The notes under the pieces were generated by a model, which saw nothing but the letters and a program-made list of their open reading frames with translations, had not been told where the DNA came from and ran no database searches. From an uncultured Gammaproteobacteria bacterium (GTDB lineage: Bacteria; Pseudomonadota; Gammaproteobacteria; CAVZZX01): a stretch of 64,000 nucleotides of DNA. Positions within the stretch are counted from its first letter, which is position 1. Each line of letters starts with the position of its first letter. The position numbers and the translations under genes are program-made. Location: positions 452,018 to 516,017 of the forward strand of contig CAVZZX010000003.1 in the NCBI GenBank assembly GCA_963779865.1. Direction: 5' to 3'. Shown in pieces: positions 37,713-49,307 of the stretch.

Positions 37713-38594
37713 ATGGCGATTTCAGCTGCACTGGTGAAGGAACTGCGAGAGCGCACCGGCGCGGGCATGATGGAGTGCAAGAAGGCGCTGGTGGAGACCG
37801 ACGGCGACATCGACGCCGCCATCGAGCAGCTGCGCAAGTCGGGTCAGGCGAAGGCCGACAAGAAGGCCGGGCGCACTGCGGCGGAGGGCCGTATCCTGGT
37901 CGCGACTGGCGAGGCGGACAAGAGCGCCGCCATCGTGGAGGTCAACTGCGAGACCGACTTCGTGGCCGGTGATGCGAATTTCGGCGCCTTCGCCGAGGCC
38001 GTGAGTCGCCAAGTGCTGGCCGAGCGTCCCGCCGATGTCCAAGCCCTCGCGGCCCTGCCGCTGGAGGCCGGCGGCCCCAGCGTGGACGAGGCACGCAAGG
38101 AGCTGGTTGCTAAAATTGGTGAGAACATCGGCGTGCGCCGTTTCGACGTGCTCGAGGCCGAGGGTGTGCTGGGCAGCTACCTGCACGGCAACCGCATTGG
38201 CGTGGTCGTCGATCTGGTCGGCGGCGACACCGGCCTGGCGCGCGACCTCGCCATGCACATTGCGGCCAGTCGCCCCTTGTGTATCTCCGAGGAGCAGGTG
38301 TCCGCGGAGGTCCTGGACAAGGAGCGCGAGATCTACCGGGCGCAGGCCGCGGAGAGCGGAAAGCCTGCGGACATCGTCGAGAAGATGGTCGCCGGGCGGG
38401 TGAAGAAGTTCCTCAAGGAGAACACGCTGGTGGGCCAGCCGTTCGTGAAGAACCCGGATCAGACGGTGCAGCAGCTGCTCGAACAGGCCGGTGCCCGGGT
38501 GGCGCGCTTCGTTCGCTACGAGGTGGGCGAGGGTATCGAGAAGAAATCCGAGAACTTCGCCGACGAAGTCATGGCCCAGGTGCGTGGAAGCTGA
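37713..38594 (+). CDS. tsf: Elongation factor Ts
   Basis: [44 protein letters not shown]... Confidence 0.95.
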   Translation: MAISAALVKELRERTGAGMMECKKALVETDGDIDAAIEQLRKSGQAKADKKAGRTAAEGRILVATGEADKSAAIVEVNCETDFVAGDANFGAFAEAVSRQVLAERPADVQALAALPLEAGGPSVDEARKELVAKIGENIGVRRFDVLEAEGVLGSYLHGNRIGVVVDLVGGDTGLARDLAMHIAASRPLCISEEQVSAEVLDKEREIYRAQAAESGKPADIVEKMVAGRVKKFLKENTLVGQPFVKNPDQTVQQLLEQAGARVARFVRYEVGEGIEKKSENFADEVMAQVRGS

Positions 38595-38595
38595 G

Positions 38596-39357
38596 GTGAG
38601 CGGCACCGCCGATTCGTCCATCTCGCGCTCTGGCCGCCCCAAGTATTGGCGCATTCTGCTGAAGCTCAGCGGCGAGGCGTTGATGGGCGACAAGGGCTTC
38701 GGCATCGACCCGCTGGTGATCCAGCGGGTCGCGGCCGAAATCCGGGAGTTGGTGGAGGACGGCGTGCAGGTCGCCCTGGTGATCGGCGGCGGCAATATCT
38801 TTCGCGGCGTGAGCCTCTCGGCGGCCGGGATGGAGCGGGCCACCGCCGACCAGATGGGCATGCTCGCCACGGTGATCAATGCCTTGTCCATCCAGGATGC
38901 ATTGGAGCGCGAAGGCGTCTATGCCCGGGTGATGTCGGCATTGCCGATCCACCAGGTCTGCGAGGACTATATCCGGCGGCGGGCAATCCGGCACCTGGAG
39001 AAGGGGCGGGTGGTGATCCTCGCCGCCGGCACCGGGAACCCCTTCTTCACCACCGATTCGGCCGCCAGCCTGCGCGGCATCGAGATGGGCGCGGAGGTCG
39101 TGCTCAAGGGCACGAAAGTGGACGGTGTGTATTCGGCCGACCCGAGCACGGACCCGGACGCGACCCGTTTCACGCGTTTGACTTACGACCAGGTGATCGA
39201 GCGCAAGCTGATGGTGATGGATGCCACTGCCATCGTCTTGTGCCGGGACCAGGGCATGCCCATCCGGGTGTTCAACATGAATCGGCCGGGGGCGCTGGCC
39301 CGCGTCGTCAGGGGCGAGGACGAGGGGACCTTGGTCGAGCACGGAGACAGTGCATGA
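38596..39357 (+). CDS. pyrH: UMP kinase
   Basis: ...[23 protein letters not shown]...[10 protein letters not shown]... Probable GTG start 1 nt after the tsf stop, at aa 36 of track ORF 38491..39357. Confidence 0.85.
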   Translation: MSGTADSSISRSGRPKYWRILLKLSGEALMGDKGFGIDPLVIQRVAAEIRELVEDGVQVALVIGGGNIFRGVSLSAAGMERATADQMGMLATVINALSIQDALEREGVYARVMSALPIHQVCEDYIRRRAIRHLEKGRVVILAAGTGNPFFTTDSAASLRGIEMGAEVVLKGTKVDGVYSADPSTDPDATRFTRLTYDQVIERKLMVMDATAIVLCRDQGMPIRVFNMNRPGALARVVRGEDEGTLVEHGDSA

Positions 39358-39911
39358 TCGACGACATCATCAGCGACGCCGAAGTGCGCATGGGCAAGAG
39401 CGTCGAGGCGCTCAAGGGCGAGCTCGCCAAGCTGCGCACCGGCCGCGCCCACCCGAGTCTGCTCGAGCACATTCACGTCGATTACTATGGCTCCGACGTG
39501 CCGCTGAACCAGGTCGCCAACATCGCAGCGAGCGACGCCCGTACGCTCGCGGTCACTCCCTGGGAGAAGGGCATGGTGGCGAAGGTGGAGAAAGCCATCG
39601 CCACCTCGGACCTGGGGCTCAACCCCATGACCTCGGGCGAGGTCATCCGCGTGCCGTTGCCCGCGCTCACCGAAGAACGCCGCCGGGAGTTGGGGCGGGT
39701 GGTGCGCCACGAAGGCGAGGGCGCCCGGGTGGCCATTCGCAACATCCGCCGCGACGCCAACAACGACTTCAAGGCGCTGCTCAAGGAAAGAGACATCACC
39801 GAGGACGACGAACGGCGCGCGCAGGATGGCGTGCAGAAGCTCACCGACCGCTTCATTGCGGAGGTGGACAAGCTTCTGGAAGCCAAAGAAAAGGACCTGA
39901 TGGAAATCTGA
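39354..39911 (+). CDS. frr: Ribosome recycling factor
   Basis: [38 protein letters not shown]... ATG overlaps the pyrH stop (ATGA). Confidence 0.9.
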   Translation: MIDDIISDAEVRMGKSVEALKGELAKLRTGRAHPSLLEHIHVDYYGSDVPLNQVANIAASDARTLAVTPWEKGMVAKVEKAIATSDLGLNPMTSGEVIRVPLPALTEERRRELGRVVRHEGEGARVAIRNIRRDANNDFKALLKERDITEDDERRAQDGVQKLTDRFIAEVDKLLEAKEKDLMEI

Positions 39912-39938
39912 CGACGGGACCGCGGTCCGCCGTCGTCA
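39909..39938 (+). terminator. Hairpin after frr (9-bp stem TGACGACGG/CCGTCGTCA, palindromic loop), no U-tract
   Basis: Inverted repeat read from sequence, overlapping the frr stop. May be an attenuator or merely structural. Confidence 0.2.
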
Positions 39939-39998
39939 GCTGCAGTACACTGATCGTGCGCCCGGCTGGGGCGTCGTTACGAACAAGCGCGCCCATCT

Positions 39999-40760
39999 AT
40001 GTCTGAGAGCGATCTCCCTCGCGAAGCCACACCGCCGCTGCCTCGCCACGTGGCGATCATCATGGACGGCAACGGGCGCTGGGCCCGCCAGCGCAAGTCC
40101 CCCCGCTTCGCCGGGCACCGCGCCGGGGTCGAGGCGGTCCGCGGTGTAGTCGAGGCCTGTGGGGAGAAGGGCGTCGAGGTGCTCACGCTGTTCGCCTTCA
40201 GCAGCGAGAACTGGCGACGGCCGAAAAAGGAAGTGGGCCTGCTCATGGAACTCTTTCTCACGGCCTTGCGTCGGGAGGTGGGCAAGCTCGCCTCGAACAA
40301 CGTGCGCCTGCGCATCGTGGGTGATCGCAACGCCTTCGACCCCAAGCTCCAGGACCACATTCGTGCAGCCGAGGAGCGCACCGCGGGCAATGACGGCCTC
40401 ACCCTGGTCATCGCCGCCAACTACGGCGGCCGCTGGGACATCACCGCCGCCGCGCGGGCCGTCGCCCGGCGGGTCGCCGCCGGCGAGCTCGCCCCGGAGG
40501 CGATCTCAGAGGAACACGTGCGTGCAGAGCTGTGCCTCGCCGACCTGCCCGAGCCGGACCTGTTCATTCGTACGGGCGGCGAGCAGCGCATCAGCAATTT
40601 CCTTCTCTGGCAGCTGGCCTACACTGAGCTGTACTTCACGCCGGTGCTGTGGCCGGATTTCGGCCCGGAGGAGTTCGAAAAGGCGCTGACCTCGTTCGCA
40701 TGTCGCCAGCGCCGCTTCGGCCGCACCGGAGAGCAGGTGGAGCAGTTGCAGAATGCTTAG
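39999..40760 (+). CDS. uppS: Isoprenyl transferase (undecaprenyl diphosphate synthase)
   Basis: ...[16 protein letters not shown]...[14 protein letters not shown]... Confidence 0.9.
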   Translation: MSESDLPREATPPLPRHVAIIMDGNGRWARQRKSPRFAGHRAGVEAVRGVVEACGEKGVEVLTLFAFSSENWRRPKKEVGLLMELFLTALRREVGKLASNNVRLRIVGDRNAFDPKLQDHIRAAEERTAGNDGLTLVIAANYGGRWDITAAARAVARRVAAGELAPEAISEEHVRAELCLADLPEPDLFIRTGGEQRISNFLLWQLAYTELYFTPVLWPDFGPEEFEKALTSFACRQRRFGRTGEQVEQLQNA

Positions 40761-41583
40761 GCAGCGCCTGCTCACGGCGCTGGTGCTGGTGCCCTTTGCG
40801 GTCTGGGGCGTGCTGATGCTGCCGGCGGAGTGGTTTCGGGCGGTAATGGCGGCGCTGGTCGGGATGGCGGCCTGGGAGTGGGCACGCCTGGGACGCCTGG
40901 ACGCCCCGCGCCAGCAGGTCGCTTATGTGCTGATCGTCCTGGCGGCGGTCGGCCTCACTGCCGTGGGCCTGGCCTGGAACCCGCGCACCCTGCAACTTCT
41001 GCTGGGCGCCGGGCTGGCGTGGTGGCTGCTGTCGCTGGGCTGGATCGCGCGCTTTCCGCGCTGCGAGGACCTGTGGGTGGTGCGGCCGGGTCCCCGGCTG
41101 CTGGCCGGAGTCCTCGTTCTGGTCGTGTCCTGGGCCGCCGTCGTGGGGCTGCGCGAGCATCCTTATCACGGCCCCGCCGCGCTGCTGTTCCTGCTGGCCC
41201 TGGTCTGGGTCGCCGACTCGGCGGCCTATTTCGCCGGCCGCCGCTGGGGCCGGCGCAAGCTGGCGCCGGCGGTGAGCCCCGGCAAGACCTGGGCCGGTGC
41301 CTACGGCGCATTCGGCGCCACGCTCGCCGTCGGGCTGCTCGGCGCGCTGCTCCTGCACTTGCCACCGCAACGCTGGATGGGGTTTCTGATGCTCTGCGAG
41401 GTGACGGTGGCCTTTTCGATCCTCGGCGACCTGCTGGAAAGCCTGTTCAAACGCTGCGCCGGAGTGAAGGACAGCAGCGCACTGCTGCCCGGCCATGGCG
41501 GGCTGCTGGACCGCGTGGACAGTCTGCTCGCGGCGGCCCCTGTGTTTCTGCTCGGCTTGCTGCTGCTGGAGATCCGCACATGA
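40753..41583 (+). CDS. cdsA: Phosphatidate cytidylyltransferase
   Basis: Multi-TM protein. C-terminal ...[30 protein letters not shown]... is the CdsA signature. Confidence 0.85.
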   Translation: MLRQRLLTALVLVPFAVWGVLMLPAEWFRAVMAALVGMAAWEWARLGRLDAPRQQVAYVLIVLAAVGLTAVGLAWNPRTLQLLLGAGLAWWLLSLGWIARFPRCEDLWVVRPGPRLLAGVLVLVVSWAAVVGLREHPYHGPAALLFLLALVWVADSAAYFAGRRWGRRKLAPAVSPGKTWAGAYGAFGATLAVGLLGALLLHLPPQRWMGFLMLCEVTVAFSILGDLLESLFKRCAGVKDSSALLPGHGGLLDRVDSLLAAAPVFLLGLLLLEIRT

Positions 41584-42761
41584 ACGGCATCACGGTGCTC
41601 GGCGCCACCGGCTCCATCGGGGTCAGCACGCTCGACGTTGTCTCGCGCTATCCGGAGCGGTTCCGTGTCGTCGCCCTGACCGCCAACCGGGCGGTCGAGC
41701 GTCTGCGCGAGCAGTGCCTGCGTCATCGCCCCGAATTCGCGGTCATGGTGGACGCCGACGCGGCCCGCCGATTGGCCGCGGCCCTCGCCGAGGCCGGTTC
41801 GCCCACGCGCGTGCTGTCCGGGCTGGCGGGGCTGGAGGAGGTCGCCAGCCTGCCGCAGACCGATCAGGTGATGGCGGCCATCGTCGGTGCCGCCGGGCTG
41901 CGCCCGACCCTTGCCGCCGCACGCGCCGGCAAGCGCGTGCTGCTGGCCAACAAGGAGGCGCTGGTGATGTCCGGGCGCCTGTTCATGGAAGAGGTGCAGC
42001 GCGGCGGCGCGCAGCTGTTGCCGATCGACAGCGAGCACAATGCGATCTTCCAGTGCATGCCGGCGGACATCCGGGGCGGCCTCGACGGGGTGGGGGTGCG
42101 GCGCATCCTGCTCACCGCCTCGGGGGGGCCGTTCCGCGACACCCCGCCGGCGGCGCTTGACGCGGTGACCCCGGAGCAGGCGGTGGCGCATCCGAACTGG
42201 CGCATGGGGCGCAAGATCTCGGTCGATTCGGCCACCATGATGAATAAGGGCCTGGAGGTCATCGAGGCCTGCTGGCTGTTCGGCACCCGCCCCGAGCACA
42301 TCCAGGTGGTGGTGCATCCGCAGAGCGTCATCCATTCCATGGTAGAATACGTCGATGGATCGGTGCTCGCGCAACTCGGCAACCCGGACATGCGCACCCC
42401 TATCGCCCACGCCCTGGCCTGGCCGGAGCGGGTCGAGTCGGGAGTGGCGAGCCTGAATTTGTTCGACATCGCGCGCCTGGACTTCGAGCCGCCCGACCCG
42501 GCGCGCTTTCCCTGCCTGCGGCTGGCTGCCGAGGCGATGGCGGCCGGCGGTACCGCGCCGGCCCTGCTCAACGCGGCCAATGAAATCGCAGTGGCGGCCT
42601 TCCTCGCCGGCGCCCTGCGTTTCTCCGGCATCGCGCAGGTGATCGATGCCGTGTTGCAACGGCTCGCGCCACAGCCGGCCGAGGCGCTGGAACTGATCCT
42701 CGAGGATGATGCCCGCGCCCGGCAGGAGGCCGAGCGGCAGGTGCAACGCCTGGGGGCATAG
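41580..42761 (+). CDS. dxr: 1-deoxy-D-xylulose 5-phosphate reductoisomerase
   Basis: [40 protein letters not shown]... ATG overlaps the cdsA stop. Start is at aa 251 of the track ORF. Confidence 0.9.
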   Translation: MNGITVLGATGSIGVSTLDVVSRYPERFRVVALTANRAVERLREQCLRHRPEFAVMVDADAARRLAAALAEAGSPTRVLSGLAGLEEVASLPQTDQVMAAIVGAAGLRPTLAAARAGKRVLLANKEALVMSGRLFMEEVQRGGAQLLPIDSEHNAIFQCMPADIRGGLDGVGVRRILLTASGGPFRDTPPAALDAVTPEQAVAHPNWRMGRKISVDSATMMNKGLEVIEACWLFGTRPEHIQVVVHPQSVIHSMVEYVDGSVLAQLGNPDMRTPIAHALAWPERVESGVASLNLFDIARLDFEPPDPARFPCLRLAAEAMAAGGTAPALLNAANEIAVAAFLAGALRFSGIAQVIDAVLQRLAPQPAEALELILEDDARARQEAERQVQRLGA

Positions 42762-42768
42762 GGGACAC

Positions 42769-44127
42769 ATGGTTTTCGACATCGCATACACGTTGGTCGC
42801 CTTCCTGGTGGCGATCTCGATCCTGATCGCGGTGCACGAATTCGGCCACTTCTGGGTGGCCAAGCGCCTCGGCGTGAAGGTTCTGCGCTATTCGATCGGC
42901 TTCGGACGCCCGCTGTGGCGGCGGGTCGCCGGCCCCGATCGCACCGAGTACGTGCTCGCCGCGCTGCCCCTCGGCGGCTACGTGAAGATGCTCGACGAGC
43001 GCGAGGGCGAGGTCGCGCCCGAAGATCGCCACCGAGCCTTCAACCGGCAGTCGGTCGCCAAGCGCTTCGCCATCGTCTTCGCCGGCCCTGCGTTCAACTT
43101 CCTGTTTGCGATCTTCGCCTATTGGGTCGTGTTCGTGGTGGGCGTGAGCGGCATCAAGCCGGTCATTGGCGACGTGGCGCCCGACAGCCCCGCGGCCGCC
43201 GCCGGCCTGCACGCGGGGCAGACCATCGTTGCGGTGAACGGGGAGGCGACGCCGATCTGGGACGCTGCGCTCCAAGCCATGCTGCCGGGGATGCTCGATC
43301 GCGGCCGTTTGCAACTCACGGTCGCCGAGCCCGAGGGCGGCACCCGCGAGCACACGCTGGACCTCTCGCGCCTCAACACCGACGTGGACCCGAGCGCCCT
43401 GTTCGGCGAAGTGGGCCTGGCGCCATGGCGGCCGCCCATCGCCCCCGTGGTCGGCCGCGTGGTCGAGGGCTCGCCCGCCGCGGGCGCCGGACTGCAGGTC
43501 GATGATCGCATCCTGGAGGTCGACGGCAAGCCCATCGCGGACTGGTATGCGCTGGTGGAGGCGGTGCAGCAGCACGCCGATCGCGCGCTCGCGGTGACCA
43601 TCCGCCGCGACGGCGCGCAGCAGACCCTGCGTATTCGTCCGCGCGCCGACAAGGACGGCGAGGTGCGCATCGGGATCGCCCCGAAGCAGACCGAGCCGGT
43701 GCCCGAATCCAAGCGCGCCGTCTATCACTACGGCCCGTTGCCGGCGATCGGGGAGTCCCTGTCCAAGACGTGGGAGATGTCGGCGCTCACGCTCAAGATG
43801 CTGGGCAAGATCGCCATCGGCGAGGCCTCGCTCAAGAACCTCAGCGGTCCGATCAGCATCGCCAGCTACGCGGGCCACTCGGCTCGGTCGGGACCGGCAC
43901 GGTTCTTCGATTTTCTGGCCATCGTCAGCATCAGTCTCGGTATCCTCAATCTGCTGCCCGTGCCGGTGCTCGACGGCGGACACCTGATGTTCTACCTCGT
44001 GGAACTGGTCAAGGGCCGGCCGGTCTCGGAACGCACCGAGGCGGCCGGGCAGCGCCTGGGCCTGGTCCTGCTGCTGATGTTGATGACACTCGCCTTCTAC
44101 AACGACCTCATGCGCCTGTTCGGGTGA
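42769..44127 (+). CDS. rseP: RIP metalloprotease RseP (site-2 protease)
   Basis: HEFGHFWVAKRLG carries the HExxH motif. PDZ domains. C-terminal LDGG motif. Confidence 0.9.
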   Translation: MVFDIAYTLVAFLVAISILIAVHEFGHFWVAKRLGVKVLRYSIGFGRPLWRRVAGPDRTEYVLAALPLGGYVKMLDEREGEVAPEDRHRAFNRQSVAKRFAIVFAGPAFNFLFAIFAYWVVFVVGVSGIKPVIGDVAPDSPAAAAGLHAGQTIVAVNGEATPIWDAALQAMLPGMLDRGRLQLTVAEPEGGTREHTLDLSRLNTDVDPSALFGEVGLAPWRPPIAPVVGRVVEGSPAAGAGLQVDDRILEVDGKPIADWYALVEAVQQHADRALAVTIRRDGAQQTLRIRPRADKDGEVRIGIAPKQTEPVPESKRAVYHYGPLPAIGESLSKTWEMSALTLKMLGKIAIGEASLKNLSGPISIASYAGHSARSGPARFFDFLAIVSISLGILNLLPVPVLDGGHLMFYLVELVKGRPVSERTEAAGQRLGLVLLLMLMTLAFYNDLMRLFG

Positions 44128-44153
44128 GTAAAGAAGAATAACGGACTGACTAC

Positions 44154-46421
44154 ATGAATTTTCGCTGGTGGGGAATCGTCCTCGGCCTGGTGCTGGCCTT
44201 TCAGGCACACGCATTCGAACCGTTCCGGGTGGAGGATATCCGGGTGGAGGGGCTCCAGCGGATCTCGGCCGGTACCGTGTTCAACTACCTGCCGCTGGAG
44301 GTCGGTGACACCCTCACCGAGCGGCGCAGCGCCGATGCCATCCGCGCCCTCTACAAGACCGGCTTTTTCGAGGACGTGCGCCTGGAGCGCGAGGGCAAGG
44401 CCCTGGTGGTGTTCGTCAAGGAACGCCCCGCCATCGCGGACATCAAGATCAAGGGCAACGACGCGCTTCCCTCGGACAAGCTCAATGACGCGCTGCGCCA
44501 GATCGGGCTCGCGCAGGGGCGTGTGTTCGATCCCTCGCTGCTGGATCGCGTCACCCAGGAGCTCAAGCGCCAGTATTACGGGTTGGGCAAGTACGCGGTG
44601 CGCATCGACACCAAGGTCGAGCCGCTCGAACGCAATCGCGTCGCCATTGGCATCAACATCGCCGAGGGCCAGGCGGCGCGCATCCATCAGATCAGCATTG
44701 TCGGCAACCACACGTTCCCGGACCGCGAGCTGCGCGACCAGATGCAGCTTGCCAAAGTGGGCTTCTTCAGCGGGCAGAGCAAGTACTCCAAACAGCTCCT
44801 GGCGGCCGATCTGGAGACCCTGCGCTCGTATTACCTGGATCGGGGCTACATCAATTTCAACATCAACTCGACCCAGGTTTCTCTCACCCCCGATCTGCAG
44901 GACGTGTACATCACCGTCAATGTGACCGAGGGCAAGCGCTACCGGGTCCGCGACATCTCGCTGGCGGGCGACCTGGTGGTGCCTGCCGCGGAGTTGCGCA
45001 AGCTCATCTCGGTGAAGAAGGGGACGATCTTCTCCCGCCAGGAGATCACCGCCAGCACCAAACGCATCACCGACCGGCTCGGCGAGGAGGGCTACGCCTT
45101 CGCCAATGTCAACGTAGTGCCCGACCTCGACGAGAAGGAGCAGACCGTCGCGCTGACCTTCTTCGTCGACCCGGGCAAGCGGGTCTACGTGCGCCGGATC
45201 AACATCACCGGCAACACCAAGACCCGCGACGAGGTGGTGCGCCGCGAGCTGCGTCAGATGGAAGGCAGTTGGATGTCCACCGAGAAGGTGGCGCGCTCGC
45301 GCGAGCGCCTCAACCGGCTCGGGTTCTTCTCGGACGTGAATGTCGAGACCCCCGCCGTCCCGGGGACGCCCGACCAGGTCGATATCAACTACAAGGTGAC
45401 CGAGCGCCCCACCGGCTCGCTGAGCGCCGGCGTCGGGTATTCCGATACGCAGGGCCTGCTGTACAACTTCAGCGTCTCCCAGGAGAACTTCGCGGGCACC
45501 GGCAAGCGCGTGTCGGTGAACCTCGAAAACAGCCAGGTCACCCAGCTGTACAGCATCGACTACACCGACCCGTACTATACGCTCGATGGCATCAGCCGCG
45601 GTTTCCGGGCCTATTACCGGCGCACCGACGCCGGCCAGGCGCAGGTCATCAACTACACCACCAACAGCTACGGGGCCTCGGTCAACTACGGCTTCCCGCT
45701 GAGCGAGTACAACACCGGCAAGCTGGGTTTTGGCTACGAGTTCACGGAGCTGCTCGAAGGGGCGAGCACCTCGCAGACCATCCGTGACTATATCGCCGAG
45801 AACGGCTCGACCTTCGATACCTTGAAGCTCACGGGCTCGTGGTCGCACGACACGCGCAATCGCGCCATCTTCCCCGACCGCGGGCAGATCAGCTCCGCCT
45901 CCACCGAGGTGGCGCTGCCCGGCGGTCAGCTCGAATACTACAAGGTCAACCTGCGCCACCAGCGTTACCTGCCGATCACCGACCAGTTCATCTTCTCGCT
46001 CAACGGTGAGCTCGGTTACGGGGACGGGTATGGGACCACCGGGATGCTGCCGCCATTCGAAAATTTCTACGCGGGCGGGGCACGCTCCGTGCGCGGCTAT
46101 CGGGCCAACAGCCTGGGGCCGCGCGAGGGGACGACGCCGATCGGCGGCGACACCCGTATCGTGGGCAACGCGGAGTTGATTTTCCCCAACCCGTTCGCCA
46201 AGAATAGCGATTCTGTGCGCTTGAGCGCGTTCGTTGACGCGGGCAATGTCTATGCTACCGGCGCGAAGCTCGACTTCGGGGAACTGCGCTATTCGGCCGG
46301 CCTGTCGACCATCTGGCTGACCCCGATCGGCGCGTTGCGGTTCAGTCTCGCCGCGCCGCTCAACCCGCAGCCCCAGGACGAGCTGGAACGCTTCCAGTTC
46401 ACACTCGGGACCGCTTTCTGA
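44154..46421 (+). CDS. bamA: Outer membrane protein assembly factor BamA
   Basis: 755 aa, signal peptide, POTRA repeats and C-terminal beta-barrel. Conserved synteny. Confidence 0.95.
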   Translation: MNFRWWGIVLGLVLAFQAHAFEPFRVEDIRVEGLQRISAGTVFNYLPLEVGDTLTERRSADAIRALYKTGFFEDVRLEREGKALVVFVKERPAIADIKIKGNDALPSDKLNDALRQIGLAQGRVFDPSLLDRVTQELKRQYYGLGKYAVRIDTKVEPLERNRVAIGINIAEGQAARIHQISIVGNHTFPDRELRDQMQLAKVGFFSGQSKYSKQLLAADLETLRSYYLDRGYINFNINSTQVSLTPDLQDVYITVNVTEGKRYRVRDISLAGDLVVPAAELRKLISVKKGTIFSRQEITASTKRITDRLGEEGYAFANVNVVPDLDEKEQTVALTFFVDPGKRVYVRRINITGNTKTRDEVVRRELRQMEGSWMSTEKVARSRERLNRLGFFSDVNVETPAVPGTPDQVDINYKVTERPTGSLSAGVGYSDTQGLLYNFSVSQENFAGTGKRVSVNLENSQVTQLYSIDYTDPYYTLDGISRGFRAYYRRTDAGQAQVINYTTNSYGASVNYGFPLSEYNTGKLGFGYEFTELLEGASTSQTIRDYIAENGSTFDTLKLTGSWSHDTRNRAIFPDRGQISSASTEVALPGGQLEYYKVNLRHQRYLPITDQFIFSLNGELGYGDGYGTTGMLPPFENFYAGGARSVRGYRANSLGPREGTTPIGGDTRIVGNAELIFPNPFAKNSDSVRLSAFVDAGNVYATGAKLDFGELRYSAGLSTIWLTPIGALRFSLAAPLNPQPQDELERFQFTLGTAF

Positions 46422-46434
46422 GGGGAGAACAGAC

Positions 46435-46995
46435 GTGCGATTGAGATCGGCCAAGATGCTGCTGCTCGGTGCGGCCTGCGCCCTGTGGCTCGCCGCCGTC
46501 CCCGCCGCCGAAGCGGCAGCCGACGCGATAAAGGTCGGCTTTGTCGACATCGCCAAGGTGATGGAGAACGCCCCGCAGGCCGAAGCCGCCCGCGCCCGAC
46601 TGGAGAGCGAATTCGCGCCCCGCGATCAGGAGCTCGTGCGCTCGCAGGACAAGCTCAAGGCGATGGAGGATCGGCTTGCCCGCGACGGCGACATCATGAG
46701 CGAGGAGGCCCGCCATAATCTTGAGCGCGAGATCATCGGACAGCGGCGCGAGATCAAGCGCTCGCGCGACGAATTCCGCGAGGATTTCAACATCCGCCGC
46801 AACGAGGAGCTGCGCAAGCTGCAGAAGCGCGTCTCCCAGGCGATCGAGTCGCTGGCGCGCCAGTCCGGCTACGACCTGATCCTCAGCAACAGCGTCCTGT
46901 ACTCCAGCCATCGTGTGGAACTCACCGGCATGGTGCTGGATCGCCTGCGCGACGACTACCGCAAGTCCGGTGCGTCGGCGTCGAAGCCCAAGTAG
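46435..46995 (+). CDS. skp: Periplasmic chaperone Skp (OmpH)
   Basis: Signal peptide plus coiled-coil ...FVDIAKVMENAPQAEAARARLESEF... Alternative ATG at 46456. Confidence 0.8.
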   Translation: MRLRSAKMLLLGAACALWLAAVPAAEAAADAIKVGFVDIAKVMENAPQAEAARARLESEFAPRDQELVRSQDKLKAMEDRLARDGDIMSEEARHNLEREIIGQRREIKRSRDEFREDFNIRRNEELRKLQKRVSQAIESLARQSGYDLILSNSVLYSSHRVELTGMVLDRLRDDYRKSGASASKPK

Positions 46996-46998
46996 GCC

Positions 46999-48042
46999 AT
47001 GCCGAGCAGTGCAGAACACACGCTGGGCGCGCTGGCGCGTGAAGTGGGCGGCCGCCTGATTGGCGACTCCGAGCGCCGCGTGAGCTGGGTCGCGACGCTG
47101 GCGCATGCCGGGCCCAACGACGTGAGCTTTCTGCACAACCCACGCTATCGGCGTCAGTTGAGCGATACGCGGGCGGGTGTCGTGCTGCTCACGGCGGCCG
47201 ACGCGGAGGCGTGCCCGGTGAACGCCATCGTCGTCCCCGATCCCTATCTCGCCTATGCCCGCATCGCCGCCCGGCTGGCGCCGCAGCACCGCCATCCCGG
47301 CGGCGTGCATCCCAGCGCCATCGTGGACGAGCGCGCGCAGGTCCACGAAACGGCATGGGTGGGGCCGCAGTGCGTGATCGAAGCCGGGGTGCGTGTCGGA
47401 CCCGGCTGCGACGTGGGGCCGGGCTGCGTGCTGGGCCGTGACGTCGAGCTGGCGGGCGACGACGTGTTGCTCGCCCGGGTGACGCTGTGTGCCGGAACGC
47501 AGCTGGGGGCGCGCGTGCGCGTGCAGCCAGGGGCCGTGATCGGCAGTGACGGGTTCGGTTACGCGAACGACGGCGGTGGCTGGATACCGGTCCCCCAGCT
47601 CGGGCGCGTGCGCATAGGCGACGATGTGCAGATCGGCGCGAACACCACCATCGACCGCGGTGCGATCGAGGATACGGTGATCGAGGAGGGGGCCATCATC
47701 GACAACCTCGTGCAGATTGCACACAACGTTTTCGTCGGCGCGCACAGCGCTTTGGCCGGCTGCGTCGGCATCGCCGGCAGCACACGCATCGGCCGTCACT
47801 GCGCCGTGGGCGGCGGGGTCGGCATCTCCGGGCACCTGCACATTGCCGACCACGTGACCATCACCGGCGGTTCGACCGTACTGCGCTCGATCGGCCAGCC
47901 GGGCGTCTACTCATCGGGCGTGCCGCTAGAGCCCAACGCCTCCTGGCATCGCAACTACACCCGCTTCAAACGACTGGACGAGTTCGCCAAGCGACTCGGT
48001 GCCCTGGAGAAGCAGGGTCCGGTGAAACTACAAAAGGATTAG
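46999..48042 (+). CDS. lpxD: UDP-3-O-(3-hydroxyacyl)glucosamine N-acyltransferase
   Basis: 347 aa with left-handed beta-helix hexapeptide repeats. Synteny bamA-skp-lpxD-fabZ-lpxA. Confidence 0.9.
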   Translation: MPSSAEHTLGALAREVGGRLIGDSERRVSWVATLAHAGPNDVSFLHNPRYRRQLSDTRAGVVLLTAADAEACPVNAIVVPDPYLAYARIAARLAPQHRHPGGVHPSAIVDERAQVHETAWVGPQCVIEAGVRVGPGCDVGPGCVLGRDVELAGDDVLLARVTLCAGTQLGARVRVQPGAVIGSDGFGYANDGGGWIPVPQLGRVRIGDDVQIGANTTIDRGAIEDTVIEEGAIIDNLVQIAHNVFVGAHSALAGCVGIAGSTRIGRHCAVGGGVGISGHLHIADHVTITGGSTVLRSIGQPGVYSSGVPLEPNASWHRNYTRFKRLDEFAKRLGALEKQGPVKLQKD

Positions 48043-48045
48043 GCA

Positions 48046-48499
48046 TTGAGCGAAGTCGAGTTCGACATTTACGCGATCCTCGAGCACCTGCCGCATCGCT
48101 ATCCGTTTCTGCTGATCGATCGTGTGCTCGAGTGCCGGCCTGGCGAGTCGCTGGTGGCAATCAAGAACGTTACCGTCAACGAGCCCTTTTTCCCCGGCCA
48201 TTTTCCCCACCGGCCGGTGATGCCCGGCGTGCTCCTGCTCGAGGCCATGGCGCAAGCGACCGGGATCCTCGCCTTCCGCACCGTGGGGCGTATTCCGGAC
48301 AAGTCCTCGCTTGTACTATTTCGTCGGCATCGACAACGCCCGTTTCAAGCAGCCGGTGATTCCCGGCGACCAGGTGCGCATCGAGGTCGAACTGATCAAG
48401 AGTCTGCGCGGCGTGTGGAAGTTCAGGGGGCAGGCGCTGGTCGACGGCAAGGTGGTGTGCAGCGCCGACCTGATGTGCGCAGAACGCGAGGTCGTATGA
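48046..48499 (+). pseudogene. fabZ: 3-hydroxyacyl-ACP dehydratase FabZ, interrupted by a frameshift near 48300
   Basis: N-terminal [30 protein letters not shown]...[31 protein letters not shown] is in the 48046 frame. C-terminal [57 protein letters not shown] is in the 48311..48499 frame. Span 454 nt = 3n+1. Confidence 0.85.
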
Positions 48500-49270
48500 G
48501 TATCGACCCCAGAGCGGTCGTCGATCCCGGCGCACGCATCGACCCCAGCGCCAGCGTCGGCGCCTTCAGCGTGATCGGCCCTGAGGTGGAAATCGGCGCG
48601 CGACACCTGGATCGGCCCGCATGTGGTGATTCAGGGACCGACCCGCATCGGGCGCGAGAACCGCATCTTTCAGTTCTCCTCCTTAGGCGAGGTCCCGCAG
48701 GACAAGAAGTTCGAGGGCGAGAACACGCGGCTGGACATCGGCGATCGCAACACGATCCGCGAATTCGCCACCATCAACCGCGGTACCGGGCAGGGCGGCG
48801 GCGTGACGTGCATCGGCGACGACAATTGGCTGATGGCCTATATCCATATCGCGCATGACTGCGTTGTCGGCGACCACACGATTTTCGCCAACGGGACCTC
48901 GCTGGCAGGGCACGTGAGCGTGGAGGACTACGCCATCCTGGGCGGTTTCACGCTGGTGCACCAGTTCTGCCGGATCGGCGCCTACAGCTTCACGGCCATG
49001 GGCAGCGGCATCAATAAAGACGTCATCCCGTTCTTGATGGTGGCCGGCAATCCGGCGCGTCCGCGCGGGCTGAATAGCGAGGGGCTGCGCCGGCATGGCT
49101 TCGGACCAGAGCGTATCCGGCGCCCTGCGCAGCGCCTACCGCAAGCTGTTCCGTGAAGGGGCGCAGCTGGAAGAGGCGCTCGCACAGCTCAAGCCGGCCG
49201 CCGCGGAACAGCCGGACGTGCGCCGCATGACCGATTTCATCACCGCCTCCCAGCGCAGCATCATTCGCTG
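48496..49270 (+). pseudogene. lpxA: Acyl-ACP--UDP-GlcNAc O-acyltransferase LpxA, at least 2 frameshifts (near 48600 and 49080)
   Basis: [36 protein letters not shown] in frame 1. [42 protein letters not shown]... in 48623..49156. C-terminus ...[21 protein letters not shown]...ITASQRSIIR is in a third frame. End coordinate approximate. Confidence 0.8.
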
Positions 49271-49307
49271 AGCGGCAGTCCCTGCGGGGCGGCGCTCCGG
49301 GGGGCGG

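Noticed and set aside
38646-39911. 421-aa + ORF spanning pyrH and frr
   Set aside because: Only its last 185 aa (from ATG 39354) are the real frr. The upstream part is the pyrH region read out of frame.
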